NCBI GenBank assembly: GCA_949297145.1
Contig: CASFQO010000012.1
Span: 67,401-131,400, forward strand
Direction: 5' to 3'
DNA from: an uncultured Alphaproteobacteria bacterium
Lineage (GTDB): Bacteria; Pseudomonadota; Alphaproteobacteria; RF32; CAG-239
DNA: 64,000 bases
Each line of letters begins with the position of its first letter. Positions within the stretch are counted from its first letter, which is position 1. This document shows positions 1 through 12,574 of this stretch, in pieces. A model generated the notes under the pieces. It was not told the origin of the DNA. It saw nothing but the letters and a program-made list of their open reading frames with translations, and did no database searches. Both the position numbers and the translations under genes were made by a program.

Positions 1-416
1 GAGAACTTTCTCAGCATGTTTTAAAAGATATTGCTAATTCTCTTGATGTCAGCGTTCAAGATGTTACCGATATGAATATGCGGCTGAAATCTCATGATGG
101 TTCACTTAATTCCGTCATAGACGGTGATTCTGACGGCACAACCGAATGGATGGATTTTATTTCTGATTCAAAACCAAACCAAGAAGAAACATTGGCACGG
201 GCAGAGACAATAAAATATCGAAAGCAGATGTTTAATAAAGCACTATATGTTTTAAATAATCGAGAAAAAGATATTTTATTCAAACGCCGCCTTTATGAAA
301 AAACAATCACTTTGGATGATTTGAGCAAAGCATATCATATTTCCAAAGAACGCGTTCGTCAGATAGAACTAAATTCCATAAAAAAAATTACTAAAGCTAT
401 AGAACTTATGCAGTAA
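1..416 (+). CDS. rpoH: RNA polymerase sigma factor, RpoH (sigma-32)-like; 5-prime end lies outside the window
   Basis: The reading frame is open from the window edge (ELSQHVLKDIANSLDVSVQDV...) into ORF 72..416. It ends with a sigma-70 region-4 helix-turn-helix (LDDLSKAYHISKERVRQIELNSIKKI). It also has the acidic linker SLNSVIDGDSDGTTEWMDFISD seen in sigma-32-type factors. Assignment to RpoH rather than another group-3 sigma is by resemblance only. Confidence 0.7.
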   Translation, partial: ELSQHVLKDIANSLDVSVQDVTDMNMRLKSHDGSLNSVIDGDSDGTTEWMDFISDSKPNQEETLARAETIKYRKQMFNKALYVLNNREKDILFKRRLYEKTITLDDLSKAYHISKERVRQIELNSIKKITKAIELMQ

Positions 417-483
417 CCTTGAAACTTTTCCTTTGCTTATTATCTATTTTGTAATTGAAAAACAGATTTTAAGGATAGGATTG

Positions 484-1617
484 ATGAATAGCTCTAAAGA
501 ACGGTTTATTTACATCTTTTTACTAATTTTTATGTGTCTGGCTTCTTTTGGGTTAGGGGTTTATGTTTTTAAATCTGAAAACCATCTGGAAGCCAGACCA
601 TTGCCACAATCAGATAGTATTGTTCTAAAAGCAAAGCCAATTATCCCGCAGGATAACGTTGTAACTAAAAATTATGTTGGTTTTGTGGAAGCCATAAATC
701 AGGTACAAATTATTCCCTACATTAACGGCTATTTACAAAATATCGCCATAAACGCCGGGCAAAACGTTCAAAAGGGTGACTTATTATTTACTATCAATCC
801 TGATGAATATCGGGCAAAACTTAATATTGCAAAAGCAGCTGTTTTGCAAGCTCAGGCCGACTTTGAATACAATCAAACTTACTATAATCGTGTTTTAAAA
901 TCTGGCCCTAAAGCGTTTTCGGAAACGGAAATTGATAGTGCCAAAAATAATTTTCTTCAATCTCAAGCCAATCTTGAAAATGCTAAAGCCAGTTTAGAAT
1001 TGGCTCAAGTTAATTTAAATTATACAGTGGTCAAAGCTCCTATTTCCGGTCTTATCGGTAATTTTACACTTAGCCCCGGTGACTATGTATCGCCTTCTTC
1101 CGGTGCTTTGCTCAATATTGTGCAGATGTCTCCGGTACGTATTGTTTTTTCATTAACGGATACGGAATATTTGGATCTAAAAGAAAATAACCCTCCACTT
1201 TTTCAAGACTGTTCTATTCGTTTAATTTTATCTAACGGGACGGCGTTTGAATATTCAGGAGATTTTAAATACACTGATAACCAGATTGATAAATCAACAA
1301 ATTCTCTAGCTGTTTACACTTACTTTAGAAACGACAATTATCAACTTTTCCCTAATTCTTACGTCACCATTGAAGTAAACAGACAATTTAAAAACACCGT
1401 TTTAATTTCTAAAGAACTTGTGCAACTATTACCAAACGGTAATTTTATCACCATTGCTCGAAATAATGTTCCACAACACATTCCTGTTCAAATTTTAGCC
1501 GACACCGGAGAAAATTATATCATTAAAAATGTTTTTCAATCCGGGGATTTATTGCTACTTGAAAACCTTCCTAATCTCTCTAAAGGCACCCTCGTTCACT
1601 TTAATATCATTTCTTAG
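484..1617 (+). CDS. RND efflux membrane-fusion (periplasmic adaptor) protein, HlyD/AcrA family
   Basis: ATG 484 follows AAGGATAGGA. The protein has one N-terminal membrane anchor, then an HlyD/AcrA-type lipoyl and coiled-coil pattern (QKGDLLFTINPDEY, LELAQVNLNYTVVKAPISGLIGN). It is the first gene of a three-gene RND set. Confidence 0.85.
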   Translation: MNSSKERFIYIFLLIFMCLASFGLGVYVFKSENHLEARPLPQSDSIVLKAKPIIPQDNVVTKNYVGFVEAINQVQIIPYINGYLQNIAINAGQNVQKGDLLFTINPDEYRAKLNIAKAAVLQAQADFEYNQTYYNRVLKSGPKAFSETEIDSAKNNFLQSQANLENAKASLELAQVNLNYTVVKAPISGLIGNFTLSPGDYVSPSSGALLNIVQMSPVRIVFSLTDTEYLDLKENNPPLFQDCSIRLILSNGTAFEYSGDFKYTDNQIDKSTNSLAVYTYFRNDNYQLFPNSYVTIEVNRQFKNTVLISKELVQLLPNGNFITIARNNVPQHIPVQILADTGENYIIKNVFQSGDLLLLENLPNLSKGTLVHFNIIS

Positions 1618-1636
1618 TTAATTGGGAGAAGTTCCT

Positions 1637-4600
1637 ATGTTTTCCAAGTTTTTTATTGATAGACCTCGTTTTGCTTTGGTTATATCTATTATTTTAATGA
1701 TACTTGGTGCGCTTGCCATTAAAATATTACCTATTTCGCAATTTCCTAACATTACACCACCGCAGGTCACTGTTCAAACAAATTATTTAGGTGCCAATGC
1801 GCAGGTTTTAACCGATACGGTTGCCGTACCTATTGAAAATCAAATCAATGGGGTTGAAAATATGCTTTATATGTCTTCAACTTCTGATGATAACGGGAGT
1901 TATAATTTAACTGTTACTTTTGATATCGGTACAAATCCAGATATTGCCCAAGTTAAAGTTCAAAATCGCTTACAACAAGTAAATAGCGAACTTCCTGATG
2001 AAGTTATTCAAGATGGGCTTGATGTATCAACCGAAAATGCAGATATTTTGGCACTTATTGTTTTGCGTTCGCCTAATCATTCTTATGATGATTTATATTT
2101 GAGCAATTACGCGTATACAAATATCAAGAATCCCCTTTCACGTTTGTATGGAATTGGGCAAGTGCAAATTTTTGGCCCCCAGTATAGTATGCGAATTTGG
2201 CTCGACGTTGATAAAATTACCGCTCTTGGGCTGAGCAGCGCCGATATTATTCAGGCTGTTCAAAATCAAAATGTTCAAGCGGCCGTGGGCAGTATTGGTT
2301 CGGCTCCGAGTACTAAAGATTCTAAACTTGTTTTTACTTTAACTGCGCAGGGATTGCTCAACAGTGTTCAAGATTTCTCTAATATTGTAGTCGCCACATC
2401 TCCCAACGGTGGAGTGACTTATCTAAAAGATGTGGCAAAGATTGAACTGGGTCGAAATTCTTATAACATTAACTCTAAATATGATAATTCTCCGGCGGTC
2501 ATTATTGCGCTTAATCAAACCCCAAATACAAATGCGCTAGAAACTATGGACGATGTTCAAGCAGAAATAGATAAGTTGGCACAAACGTTTCCGGATGATA
2601 TGGAAATTAAAATTGCTTATGATTCAACAGATTATGTTCGCGCGTCCATTGCTGCCATTGTTGAAACATTATTCATCACTTTTAGTCTGGTTATTCTTGT
2701 TACTTATCTATTTTTACAAAAACTAAAAACAACACTCATCCCGTTAATTACCATTCCGGTTTCTTTAATTGCTACCTTTATTGTTATTTATGTACTTGGA
2801 TTTGATATCAATATTTTAACTTTGTTTGCAATGATTCTGGTTATCGGTTTGGTGGTTGATGATGCGATTATTGTGGTGGAACGCGTGCAATACCTTATGC
2901 TTAATGAAAAACTCAATGCCTATGATGCCTCTGTAAAAGCTATGTCTCAAATTGGCAGCGCTATTGTTGCAACAACTTTTGTTTTGTTGGCTATTTTTGT
3001 TCCTGTTGGTTTAATGGTGGGGATTACCGGAAAAATTTATCAGCAATTTGCGGTTGCTATTGCCACGGCGGTTATATTCTCAGCTTTTAATGCCTTGACG
3101 CTTAGTCCCGCGTTGTGTGCTATTTTTCTTAATCATGAAAATGACGAAAAAAAATTTGTGTTTTTTAGAATATTTGATGATGCTCTTGATAAATTTAAGA
3201 CACTCTATGTAAAAATTGTCGGATTTTTTTCGCATTATTTACTTTTAACGACCTTTATTATTTTAGCCATAATTTCTTTTATCTTTATTGCTTTCAAAAT
3301 TACTCCGACCTCTTTTATTCCGGAAGAAGATCAAGGGATTATCTTTGCAAATATACAATTAGATACCACAGCCAGCATCAACCAGACTAATAACGTTTTA
3401 TCTGATATGACTGATAAAATCTTAAAGATGGACGGGGTAAAATATGTTATCACTGTTGCCGGATACAGCCTACTTGGTGGCGGCGGTGAAAATGTTGCCT
3501 TAGGCGTTATCGGCTTACAAAATTGGTCCGAACGTACAACTAAGCAGTTGTCTATTGATGGGATATCTCGTTCTTTAAGAGATAAATTTCGCTCTTATCC
3601 TAATGCGGAACTTAATTTTTTTGCGCCGCCCTCTGTTCCGGGAATTGGCCAAAGTAATGGTCTTTCTTTGGAGTTGATTGCTACTAACACCAATGCAACC
3701 CCCAAAGAACTTGATGATGTCTTAAAAAAATATTTGCAAGAGCTTAATCGAAATCCAAATTTGGCTTATGCTTTTAGCACTTTTACTGCCGATACACCTC
3801 ATTTGTACTTAAATATTGATCGGACTAAATTGCAATCCTATAATGTTTCTGTTGCAGATTTATACAATACTTTGCAAGCAAATCTGGGCGCTACGTATAT
3901 TAACAATATTACTTTAAGCGGGCAAGTTAATCGAGTTATTTTGCAAGCTGATTTTAATTATCGTCGGACAATTGATGATGTCAAAAATCTTTATGTTAAA
4001 ACGAATTCTGGAAATTTGATTAAAATTGGCTGTTTTGCAGATGTTTCTACCGAATTATCTCCAACCATTATTTATCGTTATGATTTGTATACAGCAGCAG
4101 CTATTACTGCACAAGCTGCTGAAGGGGTAAGCAGCGGTGAAGCTATGGATGCTGTTGAAACTATCGCTCAAAAATCTTTGCCTGACGGTTTTGCTATTGA
4201 CTGGACGGCTCTTTCTTTGCAAGAATCAGAAACTCGCGGGCTTGTTGGGGCTTTAATTGCGCTTGCCGTTGTCTTTTGTTATTTATTCTTAGTTGCCCTT
4301 TATGAAAGTTGGATGTTGGCCTTTTCGGTTATGTTTTCTACAGTTTTTGCCGTGTTAGGAGCTTTTATCGGTTTACATTTATTTGGCCTTCCTCTTAGTA
4401 TTTACGCTCAATTAGGTGTCATTTTACTCATCGGATTAGCGGCCAAAAATGCTATTCTCATCGTGGAGTTTACTAAAGAATATCGTGAAAAAGGTGATAG
4501 TATTCTTGAGGCGGCAGAAAAAGGAGCCGGTGAAAGATTTAGAGCGGTTTTGATGACGGCTTTAACTTTTATCTTAGGGGTATTCCCCATGGTTGTGGCA

Positions 4601-4792
4601 ACAGGGCCCGGAGCAAGTTCCCAAATTTCCATTGGCGTAACAGTGTTTTTCGGGATGATTATAGCTACACTTGTAGGGATTATCTTTGTCCCGTCTCTCT
4701 TTGCCTTATTTGAAAATATTAAAGAATTTTTCACTCCAAAACAATCCATTTCTTGTTCTAAACACTCTTCTGAGGAGAACGGTCATGCGTAA
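1637..4792 (+). CDS. RND multidrug efflux permease, AcrB/MexB family
   Basis: ATG 1637 follows GGGAGA. The 1051-aa protein has the N-terminus [13 protein letters not shown] and the [10 protein letters not shown] motif typical of AcrB-type pumps. It has many hydrophobic helices with two large hydrophilic loops. Confidence 0.9.
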   Translation: MFSKFFIDRPRFALVISIILMILGALAIKILPISQFPNITPPQVTVQTNYLGANAQVLTDTVAVPIENQINGVENMLYMSSTSDDNGSYNLTVTFDIGTNPDIAQVKVQNRLQQVNSELPDEVIQDGLDVSTENADILALIVLRSPNHSYDDLYLSNYAYTNIKNPLSRLYGIGQVQIFGPQYSMRIWLDVDKITALGLSSADIIQAVQNQNVQAAVGSIGSAPSTKDSKLVFTLTAQGLLNSVQDFSNIVVATSPNGGVTYLKDVAKIELGRNSYNINSKYDNSPAVIIALNQTPNTNALETMDDVQAEIDKLAQTFPDDMEIKIAYDSTDYVRASIAAIVETLFITFSLVILVTYLFLQKLKTTLIPLITIPVSLIATFIVIYVLGFDINILTLFAMILVIGLVVDDAIIVVERVQYLMLNEKLNAYDASVKAMSQIGSAIVATTFVLLAIFVPVGLMVGITGKIYQQFAVAIATAVIFSAFNALTLSPALCAIFLNHENDEKKFVFFRIFDDALDKFKTLYVKIVGFFSHYLLLTTFIILAIISFIFIAFKITPTSFIPEEDQGIIFANIQLDTTASINQTNNVLSDMTDKILKMDGVKYVITVAGYSLLGGGGENVALGVIGLQNWSERTTKQLSIDGISRSLRDKFRSYPNAELNFFAPPSVPGIGQSNGLSLELIATNTNATPKELDDVLKKYLQELNRNPNLAYAFSTFTADTPHLYLNIDRTKLQSYNVSVADLYNTLQANLGATYINNITLSGQVNRVILQADFNYRRTIDDVKNLYVKTNSGNLIKIGCFADVSTELSPTIIYRYDLYTAAAITAQAAEGVSSGEAMDAVETIAQKSLPDGFAIDWTALSLQESETRGLVGALIALAVVFCYLFLVALYESWMLAFSVMFSTVFAVLGAFIGLHLFGLPLSIYAQLGVILLIGLAAKNAILIVEFTKEYREKGDSILEAAEKGAGERFRAVLMTALTFILGVFPMVVATGPGASSQISIGVTVFFGMIIATLVGIIFVPSLFALFENIKEFFTPKQSISCSKHSSEENGHA

Positions 4793-6185
4793 TTTTGTTC
4801 TACTTGTGTTTTTGTTTTCATTGCAGGCTTGTCATGTCGGAGAAGATTACTCTTCTAATTTTCCTCTTTCTGATAATGATATCAAAAGCAATTTAGAACT
4901 AACCGAAACAGCAAATATTGTTTCTCCTGAGTGGTATAACATTTTTAAAGACGATGTTTTAAATACACTGATTCAAAACGCCTTAAAGCAGAATTTATCT
5001 CTTGAACAAGCTAAACAACGTTTAAGACAATCTCGCTATTCTTATCTTATCAACTCAACAACGACTTTTCCCATGGTAAATGCCAGCGGAGAATATGAAT
5101 TTAGTAAAGCCAGCAGTAATCAAAATTATGCGTATGATATTAACGCTTTTAAAATAGGAGTTGATGCCTCTTGGGAATTGGACATTTGGGGTAAAGGGCA
5201 ATATATTTCTGACCAATATTATGAAATGATGCAGGGTGCACAATATTCTATAGCTAATCTTAAAGTTTCTATTACAACTGAAATAGTCCTAAATTATGTT
5301 AATTTGCGCGCTTATCAGGAGAAACTCAGAATTACAAGGCAAAACTTAACTTTACAAAAAGAGATTCTTGATACGGTGATTAGTCAACATAAGTCTGGAA
5401 TTGCGGATGACTTAGCTCTTAATCAAGCCGAGTATACAGTAGAAATAACGAAAGCCTCTATTCCAAATTTAGAGTATCAAATTGAAACTTATAAAAATGC
5501 ATTGGCTGTTCTGCTCGGATGTACCCCTGATAAGCTTCCTGTTAATTTAGATGTACCCCAAAAGAATATTGTTTCTACTGCTTTTCGTTTTGATACAAAA
5601 AAACTTAACCAATTGCCTCTTAGCGTTATTCGTTTGCGTCCTGATATCCTTGTTTCTGAGGCAAATATTAGAAAACAAAATGCTGCTGTTAATGAGGCTA
5701 TCACAAATTTATATCCCGATATTACCTTAAACGCCACATTTGGCTTTATTTCCTCCAGCGGACATTCTCTTTTTAACAAAGATAGCCAGATTTATGGATA
5801 TACTCCCGGATTTACTGTACCGATTTGGAATTGGAAACAACTCGTCAATAATATTGAATTACAAAAAAGTGCTAAGGAGGAGTATGTTTTAAACTACAAT
5901 GAAACTGTACTAACGGCTCTAACTGAAATCAAAAATGCTATCACTGCCGTGAAACAAACTTATAAAGCTAATCAATTTTATCTTTCTTCCGTGTCTAAAA
6001 TGCAACACATCTTAGATTTGACACAAACGAAATATAAAAATGGTCTGAGCACCTTTACAGATGTTGCAACAGCTGAACAAAATTTATTACAGGCTCAGTT
6101 GGAACTGATTAGCAATAATGCAGAAATATTGCAAAATTTAGCTGCCTTTTATAAAGCTGTCGGAGGCGGCTATAATTTTATCTAA
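4785..6185 (+). CDS. RND efflux outer-membrane factor lipoprotein (NodT/OprM family)
   Basis: ATG 4785 overlaps the pump stop (ATGCGTAA). It has the lipobox LFSLQAC and an internally duplicated TolC/OEP-like helical sequence. The longer ORF start at 4686 lies inside the pump gene. Confidence 0.85.
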   Translation: MRNFVLLVFLFSLQACHVGEDYSSNFPLSDNDIKSNLELTETANIVSPEWYNIFKDDVLNTLIQNALKQNLSLEQAKQRLRQSRYSYLINSTTTFPMVNASGEYEFSKASSNQNYAYDINAFKIGVDASWELDIWGKGQYISDQYYEMMQGAQYSIANLKVSITTEIVLNYVNLRAYQEKLRITRQNLTLQKEILDTVISQHKSGIADDLALNQAEYTVEITKASIPNLEYQIETYKNALAVLLGCTPDKLPVNLDVPQKNIVSTAFRFDTKKLNQLPLSVIRLRPDILVSEANIRKQNAAVNEAITNLYPDITLNATFGFISSSGHSLFNKDSQIYGYTPGFTVPIWNWKQLVNNIELQKSAKEEYVLNYNETVLTALTEIKNAITAVKQTYKANQFYLSSVSKMQHILDLTQTKYKNGLSTFTDVATAEQNLLQAQLELISNNAEILQNLAAFYKAVGGGYNFI

Positions 6186-6641
6186 TCAAGGATATGTGCT
6201 ATCTAACGGAGCATCTTGGTTAACACTTTGCGGTTTGTAAACGAATAAATTTGTTGTTCCCGGAATATCTGTTGTTCTTTCAACATACCCTTTTCTTAAC
6301 ATACATTTTTGGTATTTTCTTGGACTTGCATCCGTATCATCTCTAACTGAATTTACTAACACAGGCATGGCGCCGGGATATGGAACAAAACTTGCCCAAA
6401 TTCCATGTTCTTTATGCCATTTCACAACAATATCATATCTTTGTTCTTCTGTATAAAACCAGCTTTTGAAATTCGGAAAAAACTTAAAAGCCTCAGCTTC
6501 TCTCATACATTCTGAGTGGTCTCTTGCGAATTTTCCACCACCTGTATTATATCTATCCCAGTGAAAAACCACTTGCCCCTCAGTTGTTGTTGTGCAAGAG
6601 CTCAAAAGGAAAAATGTTAGAAATAAATACAGTTTTTTCAT
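6186..6641 (-). CDS. hypothetical lipoprotein
   Basis: The ORF has a lipoprotein signal peptide (MKKLYLFLTFFLLSSC). Its start lies 2 nt after the upstream GST stop, suggesting co-transcription. No family recognised. Confidence 0.5.
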   Translation of the reverse strand: MKKLYLFLTFFLLSSCTTTTEGQVVFHWDRYNTGGGKFARDHSECMREAEAFKFFPNFKSWFYTEEQRYDIVVKWHKEHGIWASFVPYPGAMPVLVNSVRDDTDASPRKYQKCMLRKGYVERTTDIPGTTNLFVYKPQSVNQDAPLDSTYP

Positions 6642-6643
6642 TC

Positions 6644-7309
6644 TTAAAAATCCAAATTTGCATAATTGCTTGAAGGTGTTATTCCGCGAATATTATCTTT
6701 TAGTATTTCTTTAAAACTGGGGCGAGATTTTATCTTTGCATACCATAATTTGGCATTTTTATATTCATTCCACGGAATATCGCCCAAATAGTCTACAATT
6801 GATAGGTGGGCTGCCACTGTTAAATCCGCCAAGCTTAGTTCCTTACCAGCCAGATAATTATTTCTATCTGCTAAATAATCTATATATTCCATATGAAATT
6901 TGAGATTATTTAACCCGGCTTTTAATATCTTTGAATTTGGGGCTTGTTTATACTGAAAGCGTTTGATGATTTTCTCTGCCACAATATATTTATATACTTC
7001 GTTATAAAACTTTGTATCAAACCAATCCATAATTCTTCTTACTTCTGCACGAGAAATTGGATCTTCCGGCAATAGTTTATATTGAGGATTACTTTCTTCC
7101 AAATATTCGGTTATGGCATAGTTTCCTGCTATCACTTTACCATCAAATACAAGTATAGGTAAATCTCCCCCTGGATTAATATCCAACATCTCTTGAGACA
7201 TTTTCCACGGCTCTTCTTCTTTTAATACAAAAAGCATTTTCTTTTCTGTCATTATTAGTCTTATTTTCCGTGATTGCGGGGATATGCTATGATGAACTAA
7301 AAGAACCAT
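6644..7309 (-). CDS. glutathione S-transferase family protein
   Basis: ATG 7309 is preceded by AAGGAG. The N-terminal half is thioredoxin-like (DLPILVFDGKVIAGNYAITEYLEE) and the C-terminal half is helical (LAGKELSLADLTVAAHL), as in GSTs. The longer ORF start at 7363 has no RBS. Confidence 0.7.
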   Translation of the reverse strand: MVLLVHHSISPQSRKIRLIMTEKKMLFVLKEEEPWKMSQEMLDINPGGDLPILVFDGKVIAGNYAITEYLEESNPQYKLLPEDPISRAEVRRIMDWFDTKFYNEVYKYIVAEKIIKRFQYKQAPNSKILKAGLNNLKFHMEYIDYLADRNNYLAGKELSLADLTVAAHLSIVDYLGDIPWNEYKNAKLWYAKIKSRPSFKEILKDNIRGITPSSNYANLDF

Positions 7310-7378
7310 TTTATCTTTTTCTCCTTTTTTTCGTATGTTAGCTTTCTCTTTTTGCTTTTGCAAGTATTATGTTTTATT

Positions 7379-8341
7379 TTACTTCCTAGGTTGCTTTTGA
7401 GCTTTTTCTTCACTTGTTTCCAAAGCTGTTTCTTCCGGCTGTGATGTGTTTATGTATGTTGGCGGAACGATACCTTTAGTACTTTCTTTATAAATGTTCA
7501 ACAATTCTTGAAATCCTTCCTCTTTTACCTTTGCATATGATGCACTTTTTAGATATTTCTTTAAATCTGATACCCTTGGGTGGTTGGCTAACTCAGGCTT
7601 TACTCTCATAAACATCGGCATTTTCCAGATAGGTGTTTTGCTATAAGCAACATAATCATGTATCCCTAATTTATATAGCTCTATTTGGCTGGGATAATAA
7701 CTTCCAACAACATAATCTACTTCTCCGGTTAATAGCTTTTTATATGCTTCAGGAAAGTCTTTTACCTTTGTTATTCCTAAATTTGCGAAGTCTTTTAGGA
7801 CAAAACTAGAAAAATAATCTTGTTCTACATATATGCCTTTGTAATTTTTTAATTCTTCCTTTGTTTTTAGATTTAATGTTTTCTTTGCTGATGTTATCAC
7901 GTGCACATTATTTTCAAAAAATGCTGGGTAAATATATTGATTCTTTGAATATGGAATATTTTCATAATATGTTGTAAACAAACCTTTTATACTTCCATCA
8001 CCTTTTTCAAATAAGTTTACAGTTTCTTCATAACTCTTTCTCAGCGGATATTGCTGCGTGATGACTATATGTTCTTTTTCGGCTAAATCTCTAAATATCT
8101 TTTCAAAAACAGATCCTTGTCGTCTGGACGACCACGGAAACATATCCGGATTTGCTGTTAATTCAATATTGTATCGATCTTTCCAGTCGTAGTGATAAAC
8201 ACTCTCCCCTGCTAAATATTTGGGTTCACTGTATCCATTCTCCTCTCTGCCAATCATCCTTATTACACTATCTTCAGCAGCCTGAATGTTTGAACAGGTT
8301 AACGTTAAAATTGCTAAAGATAAGTACAATATTTTTTTCAT
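7379..8341 (-). CDS. secreted periplasmic substrate-binding-like protein (family-3 SBP fold suspected)
   Basis: It has a cleavable signal peptide (MKKILYLSLAILTLTCSNIQA). Size and alternating secondary-structure pattern resemble type-3 solute-binding proteins. No transporter genes adjoin, so the product is uncertain. Confidence 0.45.
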   Translation of the reverse strand: MKKILYLSLAILTLTCSNIQAAEDSVIRMIGREENGYSEPKYLAGESVYHYDWKDRYNIELTANPDMFPWSSRRQGSVFEKIFRDLAEKEHIVITQQYPLRKSYEETVNLFEKGDGSIKGLFTTYYENIPYSKNQYIYPAFFENNVHVITSAKKTLNLKTKEELKNYKGIYVEQDYFSSFVLKDFANLGITKVKDFPEAYKKLLTGEVDYVVGSYYPSQIELYKLGIHDYVAYSKTPIWKMPMFMRVKPELANHPRVSDLKKYLKSASYAKVKEEGFQELLNIYKESTKGIVPPTYINTSQPEETALETSEEKAQKQPRK

Positions 8342-8456
8342 CTTTCCCCCACGATTAAAAAAGAATCTTTATTTGTTTAAACTATACTGTTATTATGTTA
8401 AAAAATAATTTATCTGACTTCCATTTAGTTTGATATATTAGTTTTATAATCTTTGT

Positions 8457-9266
8457 ATGGGTGCAAAATTGACTGATGATGCTGATGTAATATACCAAAG
8501 TTTATTTTTAAGCAAAGGAATGCCTAGAAATATATCGCTTATCATCTCGGGCGCAGAGAGAATCGGATCGTCTTGGTGTGCTCTTAGTTTGGCTCATGCT
8601 CTTAATTTAGATAAAAAAAAGATTTTACTCGTTGATGGAAACGGTAAATTTTCTAATATTGCTTCATATCTTATTTTACAACAAAATCATGTTATAGAAG
8701 ATTATATCTCTGGAAGAAAAACATTAAACCAACTTGTTATCCCTTATAAAAATAAAAATTTTCATATTCTTACAGCTCAGCAGGGAAATAATTATCTTTC
8801 AGAATTACCTTTAGGAAGAATTCAAATTTTTTCAGAAGATTTACAAATTCTTGCTGAAAATTATGACCATACAATTATTGATATTGGGACAGAATTAAAC
8901 AGCAAAAATTTAAGCCTCTGCCAAATTGCTGATAACATCTTGATTATGTCTTCAGAGAACAATGCCGATCTAATTAAAACCTTTGAACTTATTAAATTTC
9001 TTAACGAAACTAATATCGATGCTAATTATAATTTAATAATTAACAAGGTAAATTCTTTTGAGGATGGATATAAGAGCTATGAAAAACTGAGCAAAGCCTC
9101 CGATCGAACTGGTTTACGATGTCCTGATTTATTAGGTATTATTCGCATAGATACAAGAATACGTGATACTATTCGAAATAAAGAACTGTTGTTATCACGC
9201 TATCCAACATCTGAGGCTGCTCTTGATATTGTTCATATTGCAAAAAAATTATATCAAGGGGTTTGA
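8457..9266 (+). CDS. MinD/ParA/FlhG-fold protein with degenerate Walker A (predicted non-catalytic)
   Basis: The protein is collinear with MinD/FlhG/ParA ATPases (Walker B-like YDHTIIDIGTE, NLIINKV). The deviant Walker A position reads SGAERIGSS (8547-8573) and has no lysine. The start is uncertain: ATG 8457 lacks an RBS, while ATG 8520 (MPRNISLIISG) would give a MinD-like N-terminus. Confidence 0.6.
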   Translation: MGAKLTDDADVIYQSLFLSKGMPRNISLIISGAERIGSSWCALSLAHALNLDKKKILLVDGNGKFSNIASYLILQQNHVIEDYISGRKTLNQLVIPYKNKNFHILTAQQGNNYLSELPLGRIQIFSEDLQILAENYDHTIIDIGTELNSKNLSLCQIADNILIMSSENNADLIKTFELIKFLNETNIDANYNLIINKVNSFEDGYKSYEKLSKASDRTGLRCPDLLGIIRIDTRIRDTIRNKELLLSRYPTSEAALDIVHIAKKLYQGV

Positions 9267-9267
9267 T

Positions 9268-11564
<2,297 letters not shown>

Positions 11565-11585
11565 TTGCGTTTAGGAGGAACTTAT

Positions 11586-12539
11586 ATGGCTACAACTAAA
11601 AAAACTGATAAAAAAGATGATTTACTTTCTGCGTTTTTGAAAGAAAACAAAAAAGAAGGTATTCGCGTTTTTGTAGCCGGAGGTTCGCGTGGCGGACATA
11701 ATCCCGTTTATGTCAAAGAGGCTTATACTCTTGGCAAAAAAATTGTGGAGATGGGATTTAAGCTTGATTTTGGCCTTTCTAATGCCGGTATTATGGGAGC
11801 TGTTGCAAAAGGTGTTATGGATGCATGGAACCAAAAGCAGCATTCTGCAACACCTGATTTTCCTATTCAAGGTATTACTACCGAAGAATATTATAAGCTT
11901 TACGACTCTGATGATGCCATGTTGAAACATATTAATGTTATTTTTGCTAAAACCTTGGAAGAGAGAAAACGACGCTTGCTCAACGCCGATTTTGTTGTTT
12001 TTGCTCCGGGAGGCGTCGGAACGTTGGATGAACTTGCTTATGACTGTGTGGCTATGCAAGACGGTCTTTTGCAAAAGAAGCCCTTCATTCTTTATAATAT
12101 AAGCGGCTTCTTTCACCATCTCCTTGAGTATTTGAAAGCTATTTCTAACAAAGGTTTCTCTGATCCTGTTCCTTTTGTTGTGGTTGATAATGATTTTGAG
12201 TTAGAAGTTGCGTTCAGTCTTCTAAAAAATCGTTATTACAAAAGCGAAAACGATAGTGGGGTTTATGATAATACTCGTCAACTTGTTTATGAACTTCCCT
12301 ATTTTATTCAGCAACGTCAGAAAACAGGAAAAGATGTCGTTGATATTATTCGCGAGGTTTGTAGTATTCGCGGCTTGGGGGATGATGAAGAAAAGGCTGC
12401 TCTTGATAATGCAATTGAAACGGCTTATTTGGAAAAAGAAATTGAAAGAATGTATGATCGTTTAGCTAAAACCGGACGTGATACCTCTGTGGTTAGTTAT
12501 AAATTATCACGCTTAAAAAGAAGGCAAGGGAAATTATAA
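11586..12539 (+). CDS. LOG/TIGR00730-family nucleotide-binding protein with C-terminal extension
   Basis: ATG 11586 follows AGGAGG. LOG-type motifs (GIMGAVAKG, PGGVGTLDE) occupy the first ~200 aa. A ~110-aa helical tail of no recognised family follows. Confidence 0.65.
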   Translation: MATTKKTDKKDDLLSAFLKENKKEGIRVFVAGGSRGGHNPVYVKEAYTLGKKIVEMGFKLDFGLSNAGIMGAVAKGVMDAWNQKQHSATPDFPIQGITTEEYYKLYDSDDAMLKHINVIFAKTLEERKRRLLNADFVVFAPGGVGTLDELAYDCVAMQDGLLQKKPFILYNISGFFHHLLEYLKAISNKGFSDPVPFVVVDNDFELEVAFSLLKNRYYKSENDSGVYDNTRQLVYELPYFIQQRQKTGKDVVDIIREVCSIRGLGDDEEKAALDNAIETAYLEKEIERMYDRLAKTGRDTSVVSYKLSRLKRRQGKL

Positions 12540-12574
12540 GTTAATTCTCTATCTGTTTTTTGATTACTTTTTTT

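Noticed and set aside
433-483. Several track ORFs have long N-terminal extensions (starts at 433, 1622, 4686, 7363, 9163, 11565, 16387, 23449, 27558, 37263, 38074, 40690, 45303, 52177, 57951, 60774).
   Set aside because: In each case an internal ATG has a Shine-Dalgarno sequence and gives the canonical N-terminus, signal peptide or lipobox. The extension either overlaps the upstream gene or uses a non-ATG codon, so the shorter coordinates are reported.
8445-8459. TATAAT lies 7 nt upstream of ATG 8457, suggesting a leaderless mRNA for the MinD-like gene.
   Set aside because: No acceptable -35 element lies at the right spacing, TATAAT-like hexamers are frequent in this AT-rich DNA, and an alternative internal start (8520) exists. 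It is noted as a start-site uncertainty only.
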